24,000 nucleotides of DNA from Kineosporia succinea. Its GTDB lineage: Bacteria > Actinomycetota > Actinomycetes > Actinomycetales > Kineosporiaceae. The stretch lies in NCBI RefSeq assembly GCF_030811555.1, contig NZ_JAUSQZ010000001.1, positions 2,329,241 to 2,353,240 of the forward strand, read 5' to 3'. Both the position numbers and the translations under genes were made by a program. A model generated the notes under the pieces. The model did no database searches. It was given only the letters and a program-made list of their open reading frames with translations, and was not told the DNA's origin. Shown one piece after another: positions 1 to 9,764 of the stretch (its first letter is position 1; each line of letters starts with the position of its first letter).

Positions 1-31
1 ATCTCGGCCATGGTCGTCCTCCATCGACTTA

Positions 32-46
32 TCGTCACTGCGACGA
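32..46. promoter_or_regulatory. Candidate operator 1: palindrome TCGTC-actgc-GACGA preceded by TTA
   Basis: Perfect 5+5 inverted repeat read directly. The same TTATCGTCA left arm and GACGA right arm recur at 85-99. It lies between the Nudix/NrtR-like gene and an apparent divergent start near position 12. Confidence 0.4.
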
Positions 47-84
47 TTTGGTGATGGGGATGACGGTAGCCCTGCCCTTTGTTA

Positions 85-99
85 TCGTCAAGTAGACGA
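85..99. promoter_or_regulatory. Candidate operator 2: palindrome TCGTC-aagta-GACGA preceded by TTA
   Basis: Second copy of the TTATCGTCA-N4-GACGA pattern. Its centre is 53 bp from site 1 and it ends 33 bp upstream of the GTG at 132. Confidence 0.4.
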
Positions 100-131
100 A
101 ATCCGATAGAGCCAGGAAGGGACCCAGCGCC

Positions 132-878
132 GTGTCCGGCACCGAGAACACCGACAGCCCGTACGACCCGTCCAAGTACCCGCCGATCGCCGTGACGGTC
201 GACGTGGTGCTGCTGACCATCCAGGACGACAGCCTCTCGGTCCTGCTGGTGCGGCGCGGCCAGGAGCCGTTCAAGGGCAGCTACGCCCTGCCCGGCGGAT
301 TCGTGCAGCCGGACGAGACACTGGCCGCGGCGGCCGCCCGGGAGCTGGAGGAAGAGACCGGCGCGACCGGCATGCACCTCGAGCAGCTCGGCACCTACGG
401 CGACCCGGGCCGCGACCCCCGCATGCGGGTGGTGAGCGTGGTCTACCTGGCGCTGATCCCGAACCCGCCCGAGGTGACCGGAGGCAGCGACGCCGAGGTG
501 GCCGAATGGTCACCGGTGGCCTCGTTCCTCGACGCGACCCTGCCCGAAGACCCGTCCCTGCTGGCCTTCGACCACCGCCGGATCCTGCGCGACGGGGTGG
601 AGCGCGCCCGCGGCAAGCTCGAGTACTCGGGCCTGGCCACCGCCTTCTGCTCGGACGAGTTCACCGTCGGCGAGCTGCGCCGGGTCTACGAGATCGTCTG
701 GGGCGTGGAGCTCGACGCCCGCAACTTCCACCGCAAGGTCACCGGCACGCTCGGCTTCCTGGAGGCGACCGGCGAGATGACCACGCGCGGCGGCGGGCGG
801 CCGGCCCAGCTGTTCAAGCGCGGGGCCACCCAGACCCTGAATCCGCCCATCCTGAGGCCCTCGCCGACCGTGCTGTGA
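132..878 (+). CDS. Nudix hydrolase domain protein with C-terminal winged-helix domain (NrtR-like ADP-ribose pyrophosphatase/regulator family)
   Basis: 248-aa ORF with a GTG start preceded by AGGAAGGGA. The Nudix box GGFVQPDETLAAAAARELEEETG is intact (GX5EX7REUXEEXGU). The C-terminal half (FTVGELRRVYEIVWGVELDARNFHRKV...GGRPAQLFKRG) resembles the NrtR wHTH domain. Confidence 0.88.
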   Translation: MSGTENTDSPYDPSKYPPIAVTVDVVLLTIQDDSLSVLLVRRGQEPFKGSYALPGGFVQPDETLAAAAARELEEETGATGMHLEQLGTYGDPGRDPRMRVVSVVYLALIPNPPEVTGGSDAEVAEWSPVASFLDATLPEDPSLLAFDHRRILRDGVERARGKLEYSGLATAFCSDEFTVGELRRVYEIVWGVELDARNFHRKVTGTLGFLEATGEMTTRGGGRPAQLFKRGATQTLNPPILRPSPTVL

Positions 879-943
879 CGCGCTTCACAACTCGAAGGTA
901 ACTCTGGAACTGAAGATCCGCCCGCAGGTGCCGACAGTTCGCT

Positions 944-3019
944 GTGACCTCGAGCAGCACCCGAACGGGTGAGACCCGCCCCGACGGACTCAAGCACCGC
1001 GCGGACATCCAGGGCCTGCGGGCCGTGGCCGTTCTGGTCGTGCTGCTCTACCACACCGGTCTCGGCCCCTCGGGTGGATTCCTCGGCGTGGACGTCTTCT
1101 TCGTGCTCTCCGGCTTCCTGATCACCGGGCTGCTGATCCGCGAGCACGAGAAGACCGGCCGCATCGCCCTGATGTCGTTCTGGGCCCGGCGCGCCCGGCG
1201 CCTGCTGCCCGCGGCCGTGCTGGTCGTGCTGGCCACCTGCGCCGCGGCCCGGTTCTGGCTGCCGGCCTCGCGCTGGGAGGACATCGGGCACGACGCGATC
1301 GCCGCCAGCACCTACTTCCTGAACTGGCGCCTGGCCGCCGAGTCGGTCGACTACCTGGCCGAGGGCACGGCCGCCGGCCCGCTGCAGCACTTCTGGTCGC
1401 TGGCCGTGGAGGAGCAGTTCTACCTTCTGTGGCCGCTGCTGATCCTGGCGCTGTTCAGGATCCGCCGGCGCCGGGTGGCGCTGGGCGTGATCGGCGCGGT
1501 GGTGGCCGGCTCGTTCGCCGTGGCGGTCGTGACCTACGGCCCGCAGACCTATTTCACCACCCACACCCGGATCTGGGAGATGGCGGCCGGGGCCCTGCTG
1601 GCCGCGCTGATGCACGAGCGGGCCTTCGCCCCCGAGCTGATCGTGCGCGGCGTGAACCTGCTGCCGATGCGCCGCCCCCGGGCCCCGCGGCACGGCTGGC
1701 TGAGCTGGGCCGGTCTGGTCACCCTGGTCGGCCTGCTCTTCGTGGTCACCCCGGACACCGTGTGGCCCGGCCCGCTCACCGTGCTGGTGGTGGCCGCGAC
1801 CCTGCTCGTGCTGGCGTTCGGACGGGGCCGCGACGGCACCGAAAAGCTGCTCAGCCTGCGGCCTCTCACCTGGACCGGCGACATCTCGTACTCGCTGTAC
1901 CTGTGGCACTGGCCGCTGGTGGTGCTGGCTCAGGTCGACGGAAATCTCACGCTCGTCGAAGGTCTCACGATCGTCGCGCTCAGCTTCGCCCTCGCGGCCG
2001 GCACCTACTACGGCCTCGAGCAGCCGATGCGCACCGCCCCGTTCTGGGCGGCGGCCCGGGTCGGCCTGGCCGGAGGCCTGGCGTTCGTGCTGATGGGGAG
2101 CGGTGCGGGCACCGCCCTGGCCCAGTCGCGGCTGGTCGACGAGGCCCCTCACGCCCCCGGCGCCCGGGCCATCCTGGGCGCGCTGCAGTCGAGCGCGACG
2201 TCGCTGGCGCCCACGCCCGAGCTGGCCTCGAAGGACACCGGCGACGTCTACGCCCGGGGCTGCCAGGCGAGCTACGACGAGACCACGGTCAAGCCGTGTG
2301 TTTTCGATTATCGATCGGACGGCGCGTCCGGGCCGACCGTCGTGATCGTCGGCGACTCCAAGGCCGCCCAGTGGGTGCCCGCGCTCGAGGTCGTCGCCCG
2401 CGAGCAGCACTGGAACCTGATCAGCATGACCAAGGCCGGCTGCGCCTTCTCGGACATCCGCCGGGCCATGAAGGGCGGCTACTACGAGGCCTGCGTGACC
2501 TGGCAGCAGGACGCTCTCCGGCGTATCGAGAGCATCCGCCCCGACCTGCTGGTCACCTCGCAGCTCGACTTCTACCGGACCATGCAGAAGAACCGGGCCC
2601 TCAGCGGGGCCGCCAACGAGCGGGAACTGGTGCGCGGCCTGACCACCCGGCTGCGTCAGATGAAGGACGCGGGCATCCCGGTCGTCACCATCGCCGAGAC
2701 CCCGCGCATGGACCAGGACGTGCCTGACTGCGTCAGCGGCAACCTGCAGAACCTGTTGCGGTGCTCAGTGCCGGTGGCCAAGGCGTTCGCGAACGCGGGG
2801 GTCGTCGAGGCGGCGTCGCGGGCGGTCCGGGTGCCGATGGTGGACGCGTCGGAACAGTTGTGCACGGCGACCACCTGTCCCGCGGTGGTCGGGGACGTGG
2901 TGGTCTACCGCGACGAGCACCACCTGACCGCGACGTTCGCCCGCAGCACGGCCCCGTTCGTCGGGCAGGAACTGAAGCGCGTGGTCGACGACGAGGTGCG
3001 GGCCGAGCTCTTCGGCTGA
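944..3019 (+). CDS. Membrane acyltransferase family 3 protein with C-terminal SGNH/GDSL-like domain (OafA/OatA-type O-acyltransferase)
   Basis: 691-aa ORF. The N-terminus [19 protein letters not shown] is followed by multiple hydrophobic segments typical of acyltransferase-3. The C-terminal soluble part has [12 protein letters not shown] (GDS motif) and DEHHLT (catalytic DxxH-like). The start codon (GTG at 944) is not well supported by an SD. Confidence 0.88.
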   Translation: MTSSSTRTGETRPDGLKHRADIQGLRAVAVLVVLLYHTGLGPSGGFLGVDVFFVLSGFLITGLLIREHEKTGRIALMSFWARRARRLLPAAVLVVLATCAAARFWLPASRWEDIGHDAIAASTYFLNWRLAAESVDYLAEGTAAGPLQHFWSLAVEEQFYLLWPLLILALFRIRRRRVALGVIGAVVAGSFAVAVVTYGPQTYFTTHTRIWEMAAGALLAALMHERAFAPELIVRGVNLLPMRRPRAPRHGWLSWAGLVTLVGLLFVVTPDTVWPGPLTVLVVAATLLVLAFGRGRDGTEKLLSLRPLTWTGDISYSLYLWHWPLVVLAQVDGNLTLVEGLTIVALSFALAAGTYYGLEQPMRTAPFWAAARVGLAGGLAFVLMGSGAGTALAQSRLVDEAPHAPGARAILGALQSSATSLAPTPELASKDTGDVYARGCQASYDETTVKPCVFDYRSDGASGPTVVIVGDSKAAQWVPALEVVAREQHWNLISMTKAGCAFSDIRRAMKGGYYEACVTWQQDALRRIESIRPDLLVTSQLDFYRTMQKNRALSGAANERELVRGLTTRLRQMKDAGIPVVTIAETPRMDQDVPDCVSGNLQNLLRCSVPVAKAFANAGVVEAASRAVRVPMVDASEQLCTATTCPAVVGDVVVYRDEHHLTATFARSTAPFVGQELKRVVDDEVRAELFG

Positions 3020-3066
3020 GCCGCCGAGTCTGGTCGGGCCCGCCCTTCGTGCCTACGCTCGAAGGC

Positions 3067-3960
3067 ATGAGTGATGCCATCTCGATCAGTGGCCTGATCA
3101 AGAACTTCGGCAGCACCCGGGCCCTGGACGGGCTCGATCTGACCGTCCGCACCGGTGAGGTGCACGGTTTCCTCGGGCCCAACGGCGCAGGCAAGTCCAC
3201 CACCCTGCGCGTCCTGCTCGGTCTGCTCAGCTACGACGACGGCACGGTCCGCCTGCTCGACGGCGACCCCCGGGCCGATTCCGCCGCTCTGCACCGCCGC
3301 CTGGCCTACGTTCCCGGCGATGTCACGCTCTGGCCCAACCTGTCCGGCGGCGAGGTGATCGACCTGCTCGGCTCGCTGCGCGGAACCGGGCTGCACGAGA
3401 AGCGCCGGGCCGAGCTGCTGGAGCGGTTCGAGCTCGACCCGACCAAGAAGGGCCGGGCCTACAGCAAGGGCAACCGGCAGAAGGTGGCCCTGGTCGCGGC
3501 ATTCGCCTCGGAGGCCGAACTGCTGCTGCTCGACGAGCCCACGTCGGGGCTCGACCCGTTGATGGAGAACGTGTTCCGCGAGTGCGTGCAGGAGGTACGG
3601 CGCGAGGGCCGCACCGTGCTGCTGTCGAGCCACATCCTCAGCGAGGTCGAGCAGCTGTGCGACCGGGTGAGCATCGTGCGGGCCGGGCGCACGGTCGACA
3701 GCGGCACGCTCGACGACCTGAGCCGGCTCACCCACACCACGGTCGAGGCCGAACTCGACGCTGAACCGACCGGTCTGCCCGAGCTCGAGGGAGTGCACGG
3801 AGTGACCTTCGAGCACGGAAAGCTGCACTGCGAGGTCGAACCCGACGCCCTCCCGGAGGCGATGAGACGCATCGCCGCCGCGGGCGTCCATTCGCTGGTG
3901 AGCCGTCAACCCACGCTGGAAGAGCTCTTCCTGCGGCACTACCGGGCGGCGAGTCACTGA
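3067..3960 (+). CDS. ABC transporter ATP-binding protein (ABC-2/drug exporter type)
   Basis: The real start is taken at ATG 3067 ([15 protein letters not shown]...), inside the over-extended ORF 2761-3960. It has Walker [10 protein letters not shown], signature LSGGE/NRQKVAL and Walker [13 protein letters not shown]. The stop overlaps the next start (TGATG). Confidence 0.92.
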   Translation: MSDAISISGLIKNFGSTRALDGLDLTVRTGEVHGFLGPNGAGKSTTLRVLLGLLSYDDGTVRLLDGDPRADSAALHRRLAYVPGDVTLWPNLSGGEVIDLLGSLRGTGLHEKRRAELLERFELDPTKKGRAYSKGNRQKVALVAAFASEAELLLLDEPTSGLDPLMENVFRECVQEVRREGRTVLLSSHILSEVEQLCDRVSIVRAGRTVDSGTLDDLSRLTHTTVEAELDAEPTGLPELEGVHGVTFEHGKLHCEVEPDALPEAMRRIAAAGVHSLVSRQPTLEELFLRHYRAASH

Positions 3961-5528
3961 TGTGGACGCTGACCCGGTTCGCGCTGCGCAAGGACCGGGT
4001 GAGGCTGACCGTCTGGATCCTGGCGATCAGCTGCCTGCCGGTCGCGGTGGCGTCCTCGTTCGCCGGTCTCTACCCCGACGTGGCCAGCCGGGTGCCGTTC
4101 GCCGCGGACATCGAGGCCAACAGCGGGCTGCGGGCGCTCACCGGCCCGGCCGTCGACCTGACCACCCTCGGCGGTCTGACCAGCTGGCGCGCCATGGGCA
4201 CCACCGGCATCTTCACCGCGATCATGAACATCCTGCTGGTGCTGCGGCACACCCGCGCCGACGAGGAGTCGGGGCGGCTGGAACTGCTGCGCTCGGCACC
4301 CGTCAGCCGCGCGGCCCCGCTCGATGCCGCGCTGCTCACCGCCCTGCTGGCGAATATTGTTCTGGGACTGCTCATCTCGGTGACCCTGGCGACCTCGGGC
4401 CTGCCCGTGGGTGGTTCCCTGGGATTCGGCGCGGCCGTGGCCGGGTGCGGTCTGGTGTTCGCGGGCGTCGCGGCGGTCACCGCCCAGCTCACCGAGATCA
4501 CCCGCCCGGCCACCGGAATCGCCAGTGCCACGCTGGCGGCGGCCTACCTGCTGCGGGCGGCCGGTGACTCCACCGGGGCCACCTGGCTGTCGTGGCTGTC
4601 GCCGCTCGGGTGGGCCCAGCGCCTGCGTCCGTTCGGTGAGGTCCGATGGTGGACGCTCCTGGCCTCCTTGGGTGCCTCCGCGGCCCTCGTTCTTCTCGCC
4701 CACCGGCTCCAGTCCCGCCGGGACTTCGGCTCGGGAATCGTGGCGGCCCGCCCCGGACCGCCCCGTGCGCAGGGCCTGGGCTCGTCGTTCGCCCTGGCCT
4801 GGAGACTGCAGCGCGGTGCCCTGCTCGGCTGGGCGGCCGGTTTCGCCGTGCTCGGGGCCGCGGTGGGCGCGCTGGCGAACAGCGTCGGCAGCCTGGTCGA
4901 CGACTCACCCCAGCTCGCCGACGTGCTCACCGCGCTGGGTGGTGAGCAGTCGGTGGTGGACTCGTACCTGGGCACCGTGTTCGGCATCTGCGGGCTGGTG
5001 GCCGGGGCCTACGCGGTGTCGGCGCTGCTGCGGCTCGGCACCGAGGAGGGCAGCGGGCGGGCCGAGATGTTGCTGGCCACACCGGTCGGCCGGCTGCCCT
5101 GGGCCCTCGGGCACCTGACGGTGGCGCTGGCCGGCCCGGCGGCGCTGATGGTGGTGGCCGGGATCTTCACCGGCGCCACGTACGGCCTGGTCAGCGGTTC
5201 CTGGTCGGCGTTCGGCGGGAGCGTGCTGGCGGCGGTGAGTCAGGTGTTCGCCGCCTGGGTGTTCGCCGGGCTGGGGCTGCTGCTGTTCGGGGTGCGGCCC
5301 TCGGCGGCGGCCGGGGCGTGGGCCCTGCTCGGCCTGGCGGCGGCGCTCCAGATGCTGGGGCCGGTGCTCGACCTGCCGCAGGCGGTGCTGGACCTGAGCC
5401 CGTTCGCCCATCTGCCCACGCTGCCCGGGGGTTCGGTGAGCGTGGTGCCGTGGGGCTGGCTGGTGCTGGTGACGGCCCTGCTGACCGGGGCCGGGCTGGC
5501 CGGGCTGCGGCGGCGCGACCTCGGGTAA
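3960..5528 (+). CDS. ABC exporter permease, large multi-spanning type (resembles the TnrB3/COG3559 'exporter of polyketide antibiotics' permeases)
   Basis: 522-aa, very hydrophobic ORF with many predicted TM segments. It is translationally coupled to the upstream ATPase. The family assignment is from memory of size and architecture, not from a search. Confidence 0.8.
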   Translation: MWTLTRFALRKDRVRLTVWILAISCLPVAVASSFAGLYPDVASRVPFAADIEANSGLRALTGPAVDLTTLGGLTSWRAMGTTGIFTAIMNILLVLRHTRADEESGRLELLRSAPVSRAAPLDAALLTALLANIVLGLLISVTLATSGLPVGGSLGFGAAVAGCGLVFAGVAAVTAQLTEITRPATGIASATLAAAYLLRAAGDSTGATWLSWLSPLGWAQRLRPFGEVRWWTLLASLGASAALVLLAHRLQSRRDFGSGIVAARPGPPRAQGLGSSFALAWRLQRGALLGWAAGFAVLGAAVGALANSVGSLVDDSPQLADVLTALGGEQSVVDSYLGTVFGICGLVAGAYAVSALLRLGTEEGSGRAEMLLATPVGRLPWALGHLTVALAGPAALMVVAGIFTGATYGLVSGSWSAFGGSVLAAVSQVFAAWVFAGLGLLLFGVRPSAAAGAWALLGLAAALQMLGPVLDLPQAVLDLSPFAHLPTLPGGSVSVVPWGWLVLVTALLTGAGLAGLRRRDLG

Positions 5529-5617
5529 GACCCTTCCCACCTTCTCGATCAGGCACGTTCTGTCCCGCTTGGGCATTCGCCGACGATGGTTCGGGCTCGT
5601 CCTGCGAGACTGGGGCG

Positions 5618-8600
5618 GTGCAGGTATGCGTTCTGGGGCCGCTGACGATCGGGGCCGAGGGTGGGCCCGTCGACATCGGCGGGGCCCGGTTGCGATCGCT
5701 GCTGGTCAGGTTGTCCGCCGACGCCGGGGCCTGGGTCCCGGTGAGCCGGCTGGTGCAGTCGCTGTGGCTCGAGGATCCGCCGGCCGACGAGGTCAACGCG
5801 CTGCAGTCGCTGGTGTCGCGGCTGCGGCGCGCGCTGCCGCGGCCCGACCTGGTGGAGTCCGGGCCGGCCGGGTACCGGCTGGTGATCACCAAGGACGACG
5901 TCGACGCGCTGGCCTTCGAGAACCTGGTCGGGCAGGGCCGGCGCGCGGCGTCACCCGAGGCGACGGTCGAGGTGCTGGGGCGGGCGCTCGTGCTGTGGCG
6001 CGGCGCCCCGCTGACCGAGGTCGCCGACGCCCCCTACGCCCAGGCCTGGACCGAGCGGCTGGAGCGGCTCCGGCTCACCGCCATCGACGAGCGCGCCGCC
6101 GCGCTGCTCACGCTGGGGCGGGCAGGCGATCCGGTGGCCGAGCTCGAGGAGATCGCCACCGCGCACCCGCTGCGCGAGCGCACCCACGAGCTGCTGATCC
6201 GGGCGCTGGCCGCCGCGGGCCGGCAGGGCGAGGCCCTCGCCGTGTACGAGCGGCTGCGCCGGGCCATGGCCGACGAGCTCGGGCTCGACCCGCCCGCCGC
6301 GCTGCAGGAACTGCAGGGGCAGGTACTGCGCGACGACCTGGTGCTGCGCTCGTCCGCCGCCGACCCGCTGAAGACCGGCACCCGCCGCACCAACCTGCGC
6401 GTGGCCCTGACCACGTTTGTCGGCCGCGAGGCCGAGCTCGACGGCATCACCGCCCAGCTGCGCCAGGCCCGGCTGGTGACCCTCGTCGGCACCGGCGGCG
6501 CCGGCAAGACGCGCCTGGTCACCGAGGTCGCGAGCCGTCTCGACGGGCGCGACGGGGTGTGGATGGTCGAGCTCGCCCCGGTCATGGACCCCGACGACGT
6601 GCCCTCCACCGTGCTCGGCGCCATCGGTTCGGTGGACCGGTCGCAGCTGGAGACCGCCGCCGTGCAGCAGGCCAAGCAGTCCGCTCCCCGCGACGTGCGC
6701 ACCCGGCTGGTGGAGACACTGTCCGCCAGCGACGCCGTGATCGTGCTCGACAACTGCGAGCACCTGATCGAGGCCTGTGCCGAGATCGCCGAGTTCCTGC
6801 TCGCCCGCTGCCCCCGGCTGACCGTGCTGGCCACCAGCCGGGAGCCGCTCAGCATCGTCGGCGAGTCGATCTGGTCGGTGCGCCCGCTGGCCACGCAGAC
6901 CGAAGACGCCCCAGCCGTGCGGCTGTTCGCCGACCGCGCCGCCCTGGTGCGCCCGGGTTTCCGGGTGACGCCGGAGAACGCCGAGGCGGTGCACGAGATC
7001 TGCCGCCGTCTCGACGGCCTGCCCCTGGCCATCGAACTGGCCGCGGCCCGGCTGCGCACGCTGGCCCCGGAGGCCCTGGCCGGGCGGCTCGACAACCGGT
7101 TCCGCCTGCTCACCGGCGGCAACCGCACGGCCATGCCCCGGCACCAGACCCTGCGCGCGGTGGTGGCCTGGAGCTGGGAGCTGCTGACCGACGAAGAGCG
7201 CGACCTCGTCGAGCGGCTGGCCGTGTTCCCCGGTGGGGCCACCGCCCGCACCGCGTCGGCGGTCTGCCGGGAGGTGGTGGACAGGCCCGACGACTTCGAC
7301 GAGGACACGGTCGCCGATCTGCTGCTCTCCCTCGCCGACAAGTCGCTGCTGGTCAGCGTCGACGGGGCACAGCCGCGCTACCGGCTGCTGGAGACGATCC
7401 GCGAGTACGCCCTGGAACGGCTGTCCGAACGCGGCGAGATGGCCTCGATGCGCCGCGCGCACGCAGAGTTCTTCCTGCGTCTGGCCGAGACCGCCGAGCC
7501 GCACCTGCGCAGCGCCGAGCAGCTCGGCTGGCTGCAGCAACTGATCAGCGAGCGCGACAACCTCCTCGCCTCCCTGCGTTTCGCGGTGGACACGGAAGAC
7601 GCGGCGCACGCCCACCGGCTGGTGGCGGCCCTGGGCTGGTTCTGGACCATGACCACCCGGCACGAGGAAGGGGGCAGCTGGGCCGCGCAGGCTCTGCGGG
7701 TCCCGGGTGAGAGCCCGCCCCAGGCACGGCTCTTCGCCCTGGTCCTGAACATGCTGAGCACGTCGATGGGCCAGGAACGGCTGCCGACCCCGGAGCAGCT
7801 GGTCGAGATCGAGGAGATCGCGAACCGGCTCGACGTGCACCGGTCACATCCCATGATCAGCTTCATCCGGCCCGCCCTGGCCGCGTTCCGCGAAAATATG
7901 ACGGCCGGGCGGGAGATCGCGGTGCAGGTCATGCGCGACCATCCCGATCCCTGGGCCCGGGCCATGCTGCGGCTGATGAACGCGGTGTTCGCCGAGAACG
8001 CGGGCGATTTCAGCATCACCGAGGAGATGGCGCCGGCGGCGCTGGCCGAGTTCGAGGCGATCGGCGATCGCTGGGGCATCGCCACCGCGGGCAGCCAGCT
8101 GGCCGAGGTCCGGCGGGTGCACGGTGATCTCGACGGGGCGATCGAGTTGCTCGCCCTGGCCCGCAAGATGATGTCCGAGCTGGTGGTGACCGACGACGAG
8201 GCGCACGCCCTGGTGCGGATCGCCCGGATGCGCCGCGAGAACGGCGACCTCGAGGGCGCCTGGAACGACCTGACCGAGGCGCTGGCGATCGCCGACCTGA
8301 CCGGTTCCCCCATGTCGATCGCGATGGTGCTCTCGGGGCAGGCCGCGCTGGCGGCGGCGACCGGCAACTACGCCGAGGCCCGGCAGCTCACCGAGCGGGC
8401 CATGGCGCGCATGTTCACCTCGCCGCAGGTCATCCCACAGCTGCGTTCCACGTTGCTCGGTGAGCTGGCTGTCTACGAACTGGCCGACGACCTGCGCGAA
8501 CCGGCCCGCCGGCACCTGGTGGAGTCGGTGGCGGAGGCGGTGCGCAGCGGTGACATGCCGGTGCTGGCCCGGGTGATGCTGTGGCAGGCGCAGTACCTCG

Positions 8601-8821
8601 CGGTCGTCGGTGACTTCACCGGGGCGGCGGAGATCCTGGGCGCGGCCAGCGTGGTGCGGGGGCACAACAGCCTCCTCGAGCCGGACATCGCCCGGGTCAC
8701 CCAGCTGGTGCGCGACGGCATCGAACCGGTCCGGTTCACCAAGGTTTTCGACGATGCCGCCGCCCTGCCCCGCCCCGAGGCCGTCGAGCTGGCCGAGACG
8801 GTCGCCGGCCGGCTGACCTGA
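5618..8821 (+). CDS. Large SARP/AfsR-family transcriptional regulator: OmpR-type wHTH + BTAD + NB-ARC P-loop ATPase + TPR-like C-terminus (STAND architecture)
   Basis: The start is taken at GTG 5618 (VQVCVLGPLTI..., the typical SARP N-terminus), inside the over-extended ORF 5318-8821. The BTAD region is LVLWRGAPL...ELLIRALAAAGRQGEALAVYERLRRAMADELGLDP. Walker A is LVGTGGAGKTRL (near 6480-6515). The helical-repeat C-terminal half is long. Confidence 0.9.
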   Translation: MQVCVLGPLTIGAEGGPVDIGGARLRSLLVRLSADAGAWVPVSRLVQSLWLEDPPADEVNALQSLVSRLRRALPRPDLVESGPAGYRLVITKDDVDALAFENLVGQGRRAASPEATVEVLGRALVLWRGAPLTEVADAPYAQAWTERLERLRLTAIDERAAALLTLGRAGDPVAELEEIATAHPLRERTHELLIRALAAAGRQGEALAVYERLRRAMADELGLDPPAALQELQGQVLRDDLVLRSSAADPLKTGTRRTNLRVALTTFVGREAELDGITAQLRQARLVTLVGTGGAGKTRLVTEVASRLDGRDGVWMVELAPVMDPDDVPSTVLGAIGSVDRSQLETAAVQQAKQSAPRDVRTRLVETLSASDAVIVLDNCEHLIEACAEIAEFLLARCPRLTVLATSREPLSIVGESIWSVRPLATQTEDAPAVRLFADRAALVRPGFRVTPENAEAVHEICRRLDGLPLAIELAAARLRTLAPEALAGRLDNRFRLLTGGNRTAMPRHQTLRAVVAWSWELLTDEERDLVERLAVFPGGATARTASAVCREVVDRPDDFDEDTVADLLLSLADKSLLVSVDGAQPRYRLLETIREYALERLSERGEMASMRRAHAEFFLRLAETAEPHLRSAEQLGWLQQLISERDNLLASLRFAVDTEDAAHAHRLVAALGWFWTMTTRHEEGGSWAAQALRVPGESPPQARLFALVLNMLSTSMGQERLPTPEQLVEIEEIANRLDVHRSHPMISFIRPALAAFRENMTAGREIAVQVMRDHPDPWARAMLRLMNAVFAENAGDFSITEEMAPAALAEFEAIGDRWGIATAGSQLAEVRRVHGDLDGAIELLALARKMMSELVVTDDEAHALVRIARMRRENGDLEGAWNDLTEALAIADLTGSPMSIAMVLSGQAALAAATGNYAEARQLTERAMARMFTSPQVIPQLRSTLLGELAVYELADDLREPARRHLVESVAEAVRSGDMPVLARVMLWQAQYLAVVGDFTGAAEILGAASVVRGHNSLLEPDIARVTQLVRDGIEPVRFTKVFDDAAALPRPEAVELAETVAGRLT

Positions 8822-8834
8822 CCACGACGTGAGC

Positions 8835-8859
8835 CGCGGGACCTCCGGGAGGTACCGCG
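8835..8859 (+). terminator. Hairpin 14 nt after the SARP stop codon (no U-tract)
   Basis: CGCGGGACCTCC-ggg-(G)GAGGTACCGCG has 10 of 11 stem pairs by hand pairing. It is followed by ACGTCCATCAT. Confidence 0.4.
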
Positions 8860-8882
8860 ACGTCCATCATTGACGCCCGAAA

Positions 8883-8914
8883 ACGCCGCGGGAACCCGAA
8901 AGGCCCCGCGGCGT
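8883..8914 (-). terminator. Intrinsic terminator candidate for the DrrB-like gene
   Basis: On the minus strand, ACGCCGCGGG-12 nt loop-CCCGCGGCGT (10-bp GC stem) is followed by TTTTCGGG. It starts about 20 nt after the stop at 8934. Confidence 0.6.
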
Positions 8915-8933
8915 CCATCATCTGAAGGGGAAC

Positions 8934-9764
8934 TCAGGTACGCGAGCGGTAGGTGCGCACCGCGAGCGGCGCGAAGATCGCCATGATGACCGTGGCCGAG
9001 AGGATCGACTGCAGCACCGGCGTGGCGACCTCGCCGCCGAGCAGCAGACCGCGGCAGGCCTCGGTGAGGTGCGTGATCGGGTTGATCTTGACCCACGCCT
9101 GCAGCCAGCCGGGCATGGTGTCGACCGGCACGAACATGTTCGAGCCGAAGGTCAGCGGGAACATCAGCAGGAAGCCGATGCCCTGCACCGTGCCCGAGTT
9201 GCGCACCGCGGTACCGATGAAGACGGCGATCCAGGTGAGCGAGAAGGCGAAGAAGAGCACCAGCGCGACCGCCCCGAGGGCCCGGAACACGTCGGTCTCG
9301 ACCCGGAAACCGATCGCGTAGCCGAAGGCGAAGAGCACGACGATCGAGGTGATGAACCGGACCACATCCCCCAGAACGGCTCCGACCAGCGGCGCCGCCC
9401 TCGGGATGGGCAGGCTGCGGAAGCGGTCGAAGACGCCCTTGCCGATGTCGGTATTGAGGTTCACGCCGATCGCCAGCGTCGCGAAAAGCACGGTCTGCAC
9501 CAGGATCGCGGGCAGAACGAACTGCAGGTAAGCGTGCTGAGAGCCGGAGATCGCGCCGCCGAACAGGTACACGAACAGCACCGTGAAGATGATCGGCTGC
9601 AGGGTCACGTCGAGCAGTTGCTCGGGCGAGCGCTTGATCTTCGTGACCGTGCGGCCGGCCAGCACCCAGGAGTGCCGGATCAGGGCGAACGGACGCGCCG
9701 GGCTGTCGGAGGTGGGAAGCGCGGGTACGTGCGGGGTTTCGGTTTCGGTGACGGTGGCGGTCAT
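8934..9764 (-). CDS. ABC-2 type transporter permease (DrrB-like)
   Basis: 276-aa ORF with about 6 hydrophobic segments. It has a 4-nt ATGA overlap with the upstream DrrA-like ATPase gene. Confidence 0.9.
   Translation of the reverse strand: MTATVTETETPHVPALPTSDSPARPFALIRHSWVLAGRTVTKIKRSPEQLLDVTLQPIIFTVLFVYLFGGAISGSQHAYLQFVLPAILVQTVLFATLAIGVNLNTDIGKGVFDRFRSLPIPRAAPLVGAVLGDVVRFITSIVVLFAFGYAIGFRVETDVFRALGAVALVLFFAFSLTWIAVFIGTAVRNSGTVQGIGFLLMFPLTFGSNMFVPVDTMPGWLQAWVKINPITHLTEACRGLLLGGEVATPVLQSILSATVIMAIFAPLAVRTYRSRT

Noticed and set aside
686-2410. 574-aa minus-strand ORF antisense to the Nudix and acyltransferase genes
   Set aside because: It is Arg/Gly/Pro/His-rich with no recognisable motifs, and it lies fully antisense to well-supported genes. 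This is a typical high-GC shadow ORF.
2761-3066. N-terminal extensions of track ORFs (2761-3066 for the ABC ATPase; also 5318-5617 SARP, 14515-14616 crgA, 22772-22996 rodA)
   Set aside because: The extensions overlap the preceding genes or intergenic DNA and encode Arg/Gly/Pro-rich junk. Conserved family N-termini begin at the internal starts chosen, and these show SD or ATGA/GTGA coupling.
5951-7840. 629-aa minus-strand ORF, plus 5569-7710 (+) and 6034-7341 (-) alternative frames over the SARP gene
   Set aside because: The composition is a low-complexity Arg/Ala/Gly/Pro run. The SARP frame has clear BTAD and P-loop motifs, and the others are frame shadows.
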